Part shown: piece by piece, positions 47,347 to 56,018 of the stretch
Numbering within the stretch: the first letter of the stretch is position 1
How the letters are laid out: each line of letters starts with the position of its first letter
Position numbers and translations under genes: made by a program
Virus record (IMG/VR): IMGVR_UViG_3300021430_000416
Span: 18,435-82,434 of that record
Source: a virus
Lineage: Duplodnaviria; Heunggongvirae; Uroviricota; Caudoviricetes
DNA: 64,000 bases
Reading direction: 5' to 3' (one strand)
Notes under the pieces: model-generated
Databases searched by the model: none
The model's input: only the letters and a program-made list of their open reading frames with translations
What the model was told of the DNA's origin: nothing

Positions 47347-47627
47347 TAGAATTTAAATTCCTAAGAGGTAACTTAAAGACGACATCACACTATGGAGATT
47401 ATACCCTGACATTGGAAACATTGGATGATAATTTACTCTTCATTGAGGTGACTCACAATAATGGAAATGAGTCCGCACTCATGTCCGAGATTATAGAAAT
47501 GGAGTATGATTATAAAGACTACTTGGAGTCAGGTAGAAACGCAATGGAGTACTTTAGTGAAGTTCCTGTAATGAGATTAAGGGAGAGAATGAGAAGGATA
47601 ATCAGTGCGACGTTTACGATAATGTAG
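47343..47627 (+). CDS. FKFLRGY-family small protein
   Basis: N-terminus MIEFKFLRGNLK. Confidence 0.5.
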   Translation: MIEFKFLRGNLKTTSHYGDYTLTLETLDDNLLFIEVTHNNGNESALMSEIIEMEYDYKDYLESGRNAMEYFSEVPVMRLRERMRRIISATFTIM

Positions 47628-47863
47628 GATGTAATACAAAAATAACCCCTAAAAAAACCCCGTTTTTAATAGTACTATAAAGACATTTTTTGTCGTAAGG
47701 ATTTTTTCCACCGGAAAGTAGTCGTATCCACAAAAAATCCATCTGGTCGTATTACAATCCACAAATACCCACTTTTTACCACTTAGTGACCTAGATACGA
47801 GGGATTGACCCTTTCGTGAAGTAACGGTTATATTTTTATATTTTTCAGAAAACAGTACCAAAT

Positions 47864-47897
47864 AAAAAACCCCGAGTGTTATACTCAGGGTCATTTT
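47864..47897. terminator. bidirectional rho-independent terminator at the strand-switch point
   Basis: AAAAAACCCCGAGTG-ttata-CTCAGGGTCATTTT: a hairpin flanked by an A-run and a T-run, lying between the convergent gene blocks. Confidence 0.5.
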
Positions 47898-47920
47898 ATA
47901 TATACATATATGTAATACAG

Positions 47921-48658
47921 TTAATCGAAAACGTAGATGTCTATGTCCTGTTTTTTAAATTTAGGTTTCAGTTCATCTGCGATGCGAACCACTAAATGAT
48001 GCGGAAAGTTTTCATCTTCGTGAGAAATTCCATCTATACTTTTCACTGTGGTTTCTATTTCGGGGTGAATGGTTGCGGGATTAAAAATGTTCCCATACCC
48101 ACCTCTCGGTGTTAGTTTTATTTTAGGGTCGTCAGATAGTTCATATTTCATTCCCCCTACTGTACCATTTTTAAGTAAGGTGTAATACACCATGGACTTT
48201 TTCTTTCTCGACTTTAACATGGTGGTCATATCATCGGTCAGGTTCAGAGTTGCGGTCTTAGGTATTACAAGAGAGTACTGAGACTTCAGGATACTAGACA
48301 CCGGTGGTAAATCATATTTCAAACGATTATATATCTCACGAGGTAATACACTGATACCTTCAACCTTTAAACCCGATTCGTGTTCCACCGTAAAATAGTT
48401 AACGGATATGGAAACCGATTCCAAGTCTGTGGTGTACCCTGCATTAAGAATCATCTCTGCAACGGTCCCGTAGAATATGTTAAATGTATCGGGGGTAAGT
48501 TCTCTCAATATAAGATGAAATTCGAAAATAACATACTTTTCTTTATCCACAACACTAACGTTAGTAACTTTAAATCTTTCGTTGTCTATGGTATAGAGGG
48601 TATCAATTAACTTATCCCAACTCTGTTCTTCGTTCAGTGTGTTCAATAATTTAATCAT
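47921..48658 (-). CDS. hypothetical protein
   Basis: 245 aa ORF, the first gene of the minus-strand block. Confidence 0.55.
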   Translation of the reverse strand: MIKLLNTLNEEQSWDKLIDTLYTIDNERFKVTNVSVVDKEKYVIFEFHLILRELTPDTFNIFYGTVAEMILNAGYTTDLESVSISVNYFTVEHESGLKVEGISVLPREIYNRLKYDLPPVSSILKSQYSLVIPKTATLNLTDDMTTMLKSRKKKSMVYYTLLKNGTVGGMKYELSDDPKIKLTPRGGYGNIFNPATIHPEIETTVKSIDGISHEDENFPHHLVVRIADELKPKFKKQDIDIYVFD

Positions 48659-48967
48659 CTTCTGTTCTCTAAGTTATTAAGACGGTCATGCGTCTTTCTG
48701 TTTATTCTTGCTTGGACTGATATGGTTACAAACTGCACCATTATAATTCCTAATAATATTACGTACATCATATATGATAAATATTCTTGCCAAACAATAT
48801 TGACCATCTCCTGTCCCGTCGATTCCCGCCAAACAAATTCCGGATTCGTCCTCCTCCCCGGGTCATCTGTCATACGCCAAACAAATTCCGGATTCTGGGA
48901 TACAGGTGAAAAAAAAATCCCATGATTTGTGGTCACGGGATTTGTTGCTAGAATCCAGAGGTCCGAA

Positions 48968-49240
48968 CTACGCTTTGTTCAAAAGACTCTTACGGAACTC
49001 GAACGCTTTCTTCTTAGATGAGAAGTTAGCTGAATGTTTAGTCCCGTTAACACTAGCACGTACACGGTATGAATAACCGTCGAAATAGATGTGATGAGAT
49101 ACCGGTTCGTATGTACTTACCGACTCTTTCTTAACAGTCAACTTCGCTGTTGCTTTCTTAGTACTTCCACCTTTCTTGGTGGTCGTAGGTTTAGCTGCAG
49201 GTTTGCTAGCTGGTTTCTTTGTGGTTTTCTTAGTTGCCAT
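48968..49240 (-). CDS. lysine-rich small DNA-binding-like protein (AP2-like C-terminus?)
   Basis: N-terminal KKTTKKPASKPAAKPTTTKKGGSTKK tail. C-terminal YRVRASVNGTKHSANFSSKKKAFEFRK is reminiscent of an AP2/integrase-type DNA-binding fold. Confidence 0.5.
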   Translation of the reverse strand: MATKKTTKKPASKPAAKPTTTKKGGSTKKATAKLTVKKESVSTYEPVSHHIYFDGYSYRVRASVNGTKHSANFSSKKKAFEFRKSLLNKA

Positions 49241-49488
49241 AATTAAATTTATTTGATATTCAAAATATAACCAAAAATTTCCACATTACCAAATCACCGA
49301 TGCAAAATATGTAAAAGAACTGGCCAAACAATATTCAGGGTCACCTGTCCCGTCGATTCGATTCTTGCCAAACAAATTCCAGAGTCCCTGTCTTCAGGAT
49401 GGGTCATCGACCGTGTATACCTGATAGAAGAGATGTTCAGGAGACCGAATCCCCTGAACACCACATGTGTTATTACTGTACCGAAGAG

Positions 49489-49932
49489 TTAGTAAGAGTT
49501 GAAGACATCCAAGTCACGAATACCCATTTCTTTCCTACTCTCCATTGCAACCTCCTGTAGGAATTCAACTAGAGTCTCACCCATGTCAGTTCCGTAGAAG
49601 ACCAATGTAGTTTTATATTGTTCTGAAGTACTCACCGAGATGATAGATAATCCGAAGAGTCTCATCCAAAGAGGTTCGTCCATCATTACGGATTTAATCC
49701 TGAAGTAGTTTACGGTCCTGCGGGAAACGTCAAATACTCCCTTCACCTCCACGACGTAGTCATCATAGAACTCGTACCTCCAACACATAATCTCCAAGTA
49801 CTTGTATCCGTATACTAAGAGACCACCGATTCCGGCGTATGGATGTACAAAGAATAATCCTACAGCTAAGATTAGCCAACCAATATTCAACCACTGAGAT
49901 GGTGAAGCTACGTGTTCAGGTTTCGTACTCAT
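49489..49932 (-). CDS. membrane protein with a bacterial PH (bPH_2/DUF304-like) domain
   Basis: Two TM helices, then YEFYDDYVVEVKGVFDVSRRTVNYFRIKSV. Confidence 0.5.
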   Translation of the reverse strand: MSTKPEHVASPSQWLNIGWLILAVGLFFVHPYAGIGGLLVYGYKYLEIMCWRYEFYDDYVVEVKGVFDVSRRTVNYFRIKSVMMDEPLWMRLFGLSIISVSTSEQYKTTLVFYGTDMGETLVEFLQEVAMESRKEMGIRDLDVFNSY

Positions 49933-49939
49933 ATCAATA

Positions 49940-50230
49940 TTATTTAGTTACCACATTACTATTGGAGATTTGTTTTATTGATGCACTTGTGGATGTCATC
50001 ACTGGTATTTGATAGAACATCACCGAGTCCACTAAGTGTGGTTTGGTTTCGTTACCAAATAAACCTTTGGTCCACATCCTGTGAATCATGTTTCCTGTTT
50101 CATTGTTCAAGAAGTAAACGTGTTTACCATTTACTGTTCTTTTTGCCACAGGTGAAACTTGGACACAAGTCTGGGTGCTTGAACACCCAGACATAATACC
50201 TACTACTAAGATTAAAATATATTTTTTCAT
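49940..50230 (-). CDS. lipoprotein
   Basis: Signal peptide IMSGCSST. Confidence 0.5.
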   Translation of the reverse strand: MKKYILILVVGIMSGCSSTQTCVQVSPVAKRTVNGKHVYFLNNETGNMIHRMWTKGLFGNETKPHLVDSVMFYQIPVMTSTSASIKQISNSNVVTK

Positions 50231-50232
50231 TG

Positions 50233-50805
50233 TTACAAATTTACGGGGTCTTTATAAAATTCAAAATCAATTGTTTCTTCTTCCTCCACACCGAAGTCGA
50301 TACAGAATCCAACCACGGTATCATCATCACTTGTAAGAACGAACAGTTGGTAAGAACCATCTCCGAATCCTGAAGAAGAAACCATACCCTCGTCATACGA
50401 ACCCCATCGTAATACACCAAGAGTTCGTTGACACATTTTCATGTACCATCCATCACCTTCTTCTTCTCTACCGTAATAAAAGTCCGCTTCACCTTTTTCA
50501 ATCGGGTGATTGTCGTTCCTGTATGACGCCATTGAGAAGATACCCGCTTGACCCGAGTCAACACCGACAGTTCCCCCGTGTTCAACCCATTCCAAGGATA
50601 ATTCATCTTCCTTACCCACATATGCTTCGTGGATACACATCAACATGGATGTACGATTACCCCAATCACCACAGTCGTGTTTCTTGACGAATGGTTCGTA
50701 ATAACCCGGTAAAACATTGTTGACAATAACTTGGCACCATGTCGGGATGGTGTAACAAGGGTCAGATACTACGACCTCTGTTCCTAATTTGATTTTTTGT
50801 GACAT
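50233..50805 (-). CDS. hypothetical protein
   Basis: 190 aa ORF. Confidence 0.55.
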   Translation of the reverse strand: MSQKIKLGTEVVVSDPCYTIPTWCQVIVNNVLPGYYEPFVKKHDCGDWGNRTSMLMCIHEAYVGKEDELSLEWVEHGGTVGVDSGQAGIFSMASYRNDNHPIEKGEADFYYGREEEGDGWYMKMCQRTLGVLRWGSYDEGMVSSSGFGDGSYQLFVLTSDDDTVVGFCIDFGVEEEETIDFEFYKDPVNL

Positions 50806-50899
50806 ATACTTGTTCGATTTAAAGTTGTTTCGAAATTAGTGAATCCGCTGGAATATTCCAAATAATATTATGATATAATTGCCAAACAATATCCGGAGT

Positions 50900-51385
50900 C
50901 TACTTCCTGAAGGTCGACTTGAAGACCCTGATGTTTTCCTCTATCTCAGCATCCATGGCCTGAATCAACTTGGTCTTAGCTCGTTCCATGAATTCTTCGT
51001 TGCCAAACAATATTTCAAGGTTACCATCTGCCTCGGGATGAAACTCAATCTTCTTGACAATTACACGTACATCTTTAGACTTCTTATCCTTCCTATAGAA
51101 TGGAGTCCTTGCGTAGATGTATTCACGTACCTGAGATAACTTGATATCCTCTAGGTTCTCACGTATACGCATTTGCATTATGATTTCTTCAAGAGCTGCA
51201 AGTTGTTCGAAAGTACTTTTGTTTTTGGTAACCATTCCTTTATAAACGTTTACCATGTCAGTTAACTCCTTAGAGTTGACCACTTCACTACCTTGGTTAA
51301 GGAATTGGTCATAACCACTTACCTCACTCGGTGACCCAACGATGTCGATGAATACACCTTCAATTGTTTTATTTACTCGTCCCAT
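50900..51385 (-). CDS. hypothetical protein
   Basis: 161 aa ORF. Confidence 0.5.
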   Translation of the reverse strand: MGRVNKTIEGVFIDIVGSPSEVSGYDQFLNQGSEVVNSKELTDMVNVYKGMVTKNKSTFEQLAALEEIIMQMRIRENLEDIKLSQVREYIYARTPFYRKDKKSKDVRVIVKKIEFHPEADGNLEILFGNEEFMERAKTKLIQAMDAEIEENIRVFKSTFRK

Positions 51386-51386
51386 T

Positions 51387-51647
51387 TTAAAATTGATTCA
51401 AAAAATTCTTTATGCCAAACAAAATTGAGGGCTTGGCTTCCTCCTGAGTCTTCTTCTCTCTCTCGAATTCCTGTTTGTACAATGCTGCGTCCTCTGCTTT
51501 AATTCTCTCCTCGATGGTTTTAGCGTGAAATTTACCCGACACTACAACATTGAATTCTTTTTTCAATGAGTCTACCCACTCGTGATATGAAAGTTTCACA
51601 TCAGGATACACAGTGGTTCTTGGTTTAGGTTCTTGAGTCTGTATCAT
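51387..51647 (-). CDS. hypothetical protein
   Basis: 86 aa ORF, translationally coupled to the upstream gene. A GCCAAACAA box lies inside its 3' end. Confidence 0.45.
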   Translation of the reverse strand: MIQTQEPKPRTTVYPDVKLSYHEWVDSLKKEFNVVVSGKFHAKTIEERIKAEDAALYKQEFEREKKTQEEAKPSILFGIKNFLNQF

Positions 51648-51652
51648 ATGTC

Positions 51653-52258
51653 TTATTTTTCAGATAAACTTGTTTCGTACATTTGTTTGATTTCGTTATA
51701 GTCTTCCTCATCAACAAAGTTAAACTTCTCAATGAAATCATCAAGTGATATATCATCATCAATTGCGTATTGAATATCACTTTCGACCTCATACCAAAAC
51801 GCCTCGTTGTCCAAATGATATTTCCCCTCAAGGAAACTATAATCCTCCTCGACCAAATTTTCATTCTCTATTGTGGTTCTACCACAGAAATCACAACCAG
51901 GTTCCTCATATTGAAGTTCCACATTCACACCATACTTCTCGTGTAACCTCACACCGAAACCGATTGGTGGCGACCACGCTGTTTGGGGACTCATAGTGAT
52001 GGTGTTCTCACTGAACTCGAATTGACATTCATTGTATGACACATCCCACTTCGTTCCAAACCATCCGATATTGGCGTTATACCATCCACCTTTGTTATAT
52101 TCTTCTTCACCAATTTCAGGTTCACGACCGATTAGGGTTTCAAAGACATTTGCGTTATCTCTTTCTTCCTGTGGGATACCTTCCAACACACGAGTTAGTA
52201 ACCCGATGGTTTTAGGGTCACCAGTTATTGTTATATAATTTGAACACCAGTTTGGCAT
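51653..52258 (-). CDS. hypothetical protein (MPNWCSNYITI N-terminus, DUF1281/Api92-like?)
   Basis: 201 aa ORF. The N-terminal MPNWCxN motif recurs in a plasmid/phage protein family. Confidence 0.55.
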   Translation of the reverse strand: MPNWCSNYITITGDPKTIGLLTRVLEGIPQEERDNANVFETLIGREPEIGEEEYNKGGWYNANIGWFGTKWDVSYNECQFEFSENTITMSPQTAWSPPIGFGVRLHEKYGVNVELQYEEPGCDFCGRTTIENENLVEEDYSFLEGKYHLDNEAFWYEVESDIQYAIDDDISLDDFIEKFNFVDEEDYNEIKQMYETSLSEK

Positions 52259-52280
52259 AATCTTGTTATTTAATTTATTT

Positions 52281-52359
52281 GTAGTCGGGATAGGACTCGA
52301 ACCTATATTAAGATGCCCTTATGGACTTACACTTTTCCTATTCCATTAGAAGACCCGAC
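52281..52359 (-). tRNA. tRNA-like gene embedded between the promoter and the start codon of the downstream gene; anticodon arm not canonical by eye
   Basis: On the minus strand: GGTCGGG acceptor, U8, D-arm TTCT/AGGA with the AATGGAAT loop, T-arm ATAGG-TTCGAGT-CCTAT, acceptor 3' CCCGACT, discriminator A, no CCA. It lies immediately after a TATCTTTG -7 box. Confidence 0.45.
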
Positions 52360-52421
52360 CATTTGTGATACAAAGATAAAACAGGGATACCATTTTACCA
52401 AACAATACCCCTGTTTTTTTA

Positions 52422-52967
52422 TTACCAAGAGGATTGGTAGTAGAAGTCACCACCTTTTTCTTCCAACAGTGGTTCGAGTTGGTTAATGGTATTGTCCAAA
52501 TCTTTTATATACCATTGGTCATACTCTGTTCCACCAAAGAAAAAACCTGGTTGTGTCGGGAGTAGTTCTTCCGCAAGTGATGTGTCCTCAAATACTTCCA
52601 CATCGTCATACATCTTCTCACCATTCTGCCAACCAACTTCCATCCGAACCTTCTTCTTCGGAGAATTTTCCAAACTCTCCTTAACTTTCTTACAGGTGTC
52701 CACCAACTCTCGAAGTTGTTCCCTGTCCACATAATACTCTCGACAGTTGTCTTCACCACCCTGAACATTCTCAACAAACCATTGGTGAATGTGGTTTGCT
52801 TTACGCCAATACGCCACACTTTCTTCGATTGAGGAAATACGTTCCTTCTTAATGTGGGGAACTTCTTGACCGTTCTTCTTCACGGTTATTTCGTGAAGTT
52901 CTTCGGGTGACATATGTTCCCAATTCTTAACATATGTCTTTTTGTGTAGATACATATCTAATCCCAT
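52422..52967 (-). CDS. hypothetical protein of the MGLDMYL N-terminal family
   Basis: Start moved to the internal MGLDMYLHKK. The annotated 5' extension runs through the promoter/repeat region. Confidence 0.5.
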   Translation of the reverse strand: MGLDMYLHKKTYVKNWEHMSPEELHEITVKKNGQEVPHIKKERISSIEESVAYWRKANHIHQWFVENVQGGEDNCREYYVDREQLRELVDTCKKVKESLENSPKKKVRMEVGWQNGEKMYDDVEVFEDTSLAEELLPTQPGFFFGGTEYDQWYIKDLDNTINQLEPLLEEKGGDFYYQSSW

Positions 52968-53055
52968 AATAGTATTTTGTTTTTTTGTTGATACAAAGAT
53001 ATAACTGTTTTTTCTTTTTACAAAATTTATTTTGCCAAACAAATTGTGGGTCTTC

Positions 53056-53394
53056 TTACCCCTGTAGGATTTTGAAGTAGTCAACTCCTTTTGCAATTAG
53101 GTCTTCTGCACGTTTCAATCGTTTTGCATCATTCCAAATATTATATGAAGACCTTTCAGGTTCAACACCCAAGTCCAACATTGAAAAAAGATGTTCCCAT
53201 TTACCACCAACGTAAAGTTCACCCGTAAATCTTTCGACTGCATTGTAACTTTCGTAGGTCATTTTTAATTTAACACCTCGAACAACATCAGATTGTTGAA
53301 CGATGCACACATCGTGTGATTTTTCTTTCTTGTGGTGTTCACTTCTGTAGATTTGTTTTACCTTTACCATATCTTGATTGATTTGTTGATACAA
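53056..53394 (-). CDS. hypothetical protein
   Basis: 112 aa. Canonical -33/-7 promoter plus box upstream. Confidence 0.5.
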   Translation of the reverse strand: MYQQINQDMVKVKQIYRSEHHKKEKSHDVCIVQQSDVVRGVKLKMTYESYNAVERFTGELYVGGKWEHLFSMLDLGVEPERSSYNIWNDAKRLKRAEDLIAKGVDYFKILQG

Positions 53395-53477
53395 AGATAT
53401 AACCTTTATTTCTTTTTACCAAATTTATTTTACCAAACAAATTCCACAGTTCGTCACCTCCGTCGGGTTCTGAGTAA

Positions 53478-53512
53478 AAAAGAAAACCCCCACCATTTCT
53501 GATGAGGGTTTA
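53478..53512 (-). terminator. rho-independent terminator (conserved AAACCCTCA..CAGAAATGgtGGGGGTTTT family)
   Basis: Hairpin plus T-run on the minus strand after gene 53534..54043. Similar hairpins recur at 58838, 60226 and 62551. Confidence 0.5.
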
Positions 53513-53533
53513 ACCAATTAAACAATATATGAA

Positions 53534-54043
53534 CTAATCAAAAACAATACGTCCTTGTTTTTCTGTAACATCGTTGTCAACAACAACAATCTTACCAATG
53601 TCACCACTATCTTCACCTTGCCATGTAACCTCACCATTGAGTATTACATCCCACTTTGAGAAGAAGTGTTTGATGAGGTATTCCAACCATTCTGTATAAG
53701 AATAGAATTTCTCACCACCATCCCACTCCAATTCAGTTCCTTCCTTATTGATAGTCCATTGACACCATAAACCTGGTTGTCCTTGTGGGGGTTGGTTGTA
53801 ATCTATGATAGTTATATCACTAAATGATTCACGTCCACCAACAAAGTACCCACCATCCACACCATATGTTTCCTCTTTAGGTAAAAAAGGGTTTCCATTC
53901 TCACCATTTTCAAATTCCATAAGTTTTGAAACATCTCGTTTCATTCTACGAGTTTCATTGAACTCCCTAATAAAGTTTCCTTCTTGCGTTGTAAGTGGTC
54001 GGTTAAACTTAAACGAACCACTAAAGTCTGTCGTATATCCCAT
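53534..54043 (-). CDS. hypothetical protein
   Basis: 169 aa ORF. Confidence 0.5.
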   Translation of the reverse strand: MGYTTDFSGSFKFNRPLTTQEGNFIREFNETRRMKRDVSKLMEFENGENGNPFLPKEETYGVDGGYFVGGRESFSDITIIDYNQPPQGQPGLWCQWTINKEGTELEWDGGEKFYSYTEWLEYLIKHFFSKWDVILNGEVTWQGEDSGDIGKIVVVDNDVTEKQGRIVFD

Positions 54044-54151
54044 ATTCTTATTGATTAATTGTACTACAAAGATAAAACATTTATTTAATTATACAAAATT
54101 TTTATTGCCAAACAAAATCCCCCCGTCGGTTCTCCTTCAGGGGGATTAGTT

Positions 54152-54754
54152 TTAATTTTCTTTCAAGTCGAAAACAATCTCGGTATAGTCCATCATACCG
54201 TGTAATACTTTCGGACTATCTTTCTCCACAGAGATAACATCACGAGCCCATGACCCAACAATACCTTTTTCATCACCTCTGAAATCTCCTCCACCTCTAC
54301 CGTTACCCTCACAAGTTAATAATGGTAACGGGTGAATCTTTGTACCTTCCCATCCCACAATCTCGGGGATATTGTTTTTATCCACGAACTGTTTTTTGGT
54401 GTGGTTCACCACAAACTGATACTCTTCTGTATCTGTTACCTTTGGATTAACTTTGTTTTCGTCATTACAAAGTGAATACAGATTTGCATCATACTCTTTA
54501 CCCTCATCAATAATTTTTAAACCCGGTTCTTCATCCGCATAATCACCAGCCCACACTACACGACTTTTGTAATGTCCACCTGTACGTGATAAAAGTTTCT
54601 CGAATGCCGAAACGAAGTTGTTCCCTTGATAGGAATGTTCCATTAATTTAAGACCGTTGTCGTATTCGTGTGAATATACCCATGCCTTAACTGTTTCGTG
54701 TTGTCCTTCTTCTGGTTTACTACCTAGAATGATTGGTTTGAAATACTGTCCCAT
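54152..54754 (-). CDS. hypothetical protein
   Basis: 200 aa ORF. Confidence 0.55.
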   Translation of the reverse strand: MGQYFKPIILGSKPEEGQHETVKAWVYSHEYDNGLKLMEHSYQGNNFVSAFEKLLSRTGGHYKSRVVWAGDYADEEPGLKIIDEGKEYDANLYSLCNDENKVNPKVTDTEEYQFVVNHTKKQFVDKNNIPEIVGWEGTKIHPLPLLTCEGNGRGGGDFRGDEKGIVGSWARDVISVEKDSPKVLHGMMDYTEIVFDLKEN

Positions 54755-54825
54755 AATATTGTTTGATTAAAATGTTACACAAAAATAAAACAGTTCAGGA
54801 TATAATCCAAATACTTTTTTATTTA

Positions 54826-55030
54826 TTTTGCCAAACAAAAGTGGGATACCAGACTCACATCCAGATTCCAGCTAGATTCACAGCGCGGTCCTGCTCCTGA
54901 TATTGTTTGGCGGAAACACTACCATTGATAATCAACAACTTAAAGAATGCCAAACAAATTCCGGAGCTACAGCTGAGCTGCGTGCAACCAGCAAGCAAAC
55001 TATATAGCAATAAAAAACCCCCTAATCAAG
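54826..55030. repeat. intergenic repeat element (family copy A), ~200 nt, containing inverted GCCAAACAA boxes
   Basis: Shares GTGGGATACC..TCACATCCAGATTC..CCAGC..TTGTTTGGCGG..GCCAAACAAATTCC..CAGCAAGCAAACTA blocks with 58633..58862 and 63466..63640. Confidence 0.55.
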
Positions 55031-55792
55031 GGGGTCAATTACAAACCTACTATTTTTATCGGGTCGTTTTCGGGTCGTCTTATACTTCAACCCTACAATT
55101 ATACCGCCCTTATCTTTGTACCTCATATCGTAAAGGTCACCATCGATAACTTCTCTACCCCAAAATGATTCGGGTAAATGTTTTTTAAATACCACTGCGA
55201 CTCTAACTCCACTATTCAACATATTAAGACAATCGGTAAAGTTCTCACCACTAAAAGAAAAGGTAAGGTCATAGTTGGTATACTTGTTAATAAGTTCCAC
55301 CCTCTTTGGTACTTTCGAATAATCATAAAACATTACAGTCGGAAACAATTGTAAGATGTTTTTTTTCTCACCGTTCACATCCATATAAAATGATTCGGGA
55401 GAGATGTCAGATGTATTGTTTAATCGAACACTGAAAGTGTATCCCAATTTCTCAGCTTTCTTTTTTGCTGCGGTTATTTCAGATACCATCCATTTCATAA
55501 AATACTCACGGTGTTCAAAAAACAATTTTGTTTTTTTGATTCTACCTTTGGTAATCATGTCATCCTTCATGTTCATTCGATTCATACCTGATTCGTTTAA
55601 ACACAATGCGGTACACTCTTGTGTTCTCATTGGGCAAACCTCATAACCACTCAACTTGGCGGGTGCAAGGTAAAGACTGTAGGTCAACTCATCATATTTG
55701 AGTGACTTAACGTGTTTGGTTGTCATTGATACCGAACCCAAATAATTGATGCCGGTTTCAATCTTGGCTTGTGTTCTACTTTTAAATTCCAT
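55022..55792 (-). CDS. hypothetical protein
   Basis: 256 aa. TATCTTTG -7 box 22 nt upstream of the ATG. Confidence 0.55.
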   Translation of the reverse strand: MEFKSRTQAKIETGINYLGSVSMTTKHVKSLKYDELTYSLYLAPAKLSGYEVCPMRTQECTALCLNESGMNRMNMKDDMITKGRIKKTKLFFEHREYFMKWMVSEITAAKKKAEKLGYTFSVRLNNTSDISPESFYMDVNGEKKNILQLFPTVMFYDYSKVPKRVELINKYTNYDLTFSFSGENFTDCLNMLNSGVRVAVVFKKHLPESFWGREVIDGDLYDMRYKDKGGIIVGLKYKTTRKRPDKNSRFVIDPLD

Positions 55793-56018
55793 ATGTATGT
55801 TGGTTTAACAGGTACAAAGATAATTCTATTTTTGGTATAATCCAAATACTTTTTTATTTTTTTTTTCTGAAGGAAGGAGATGACCTGAGATGGAAAATAT
55901 TGTTTGGCGTAATACGTGCCAAACAAAATCCGGAGTCTGAGCTATCCCCGGAATCTTCAGACATAAAAAAAGGGGAAGTAGAAACTCCCCCTTTGTCTAA
56001 GTTAAACACTATTAGAAA

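Noticed and set aside
47649-47894. 81-aa minus-strand ORF in the strand-switch region
   Set aside because: It spans two terminator hairpins and the direct repeats, and has no upstream promoter. It is more likely non-coding terminator/ori-like DNA.
48655-48936. 93-aa minus-strand ORF containing NPEFVWR twice
   Set aside because: The repeated peptide is simply the translation of three tandem GCCAAACAAATTCCGGATT boxes, so most of the ORF is regulatory repeat DNA. Only a short C-terminal hydrophobic segment (MMYVILLGIIMVQF...) could conceivably be a real micro-gene. Not called.
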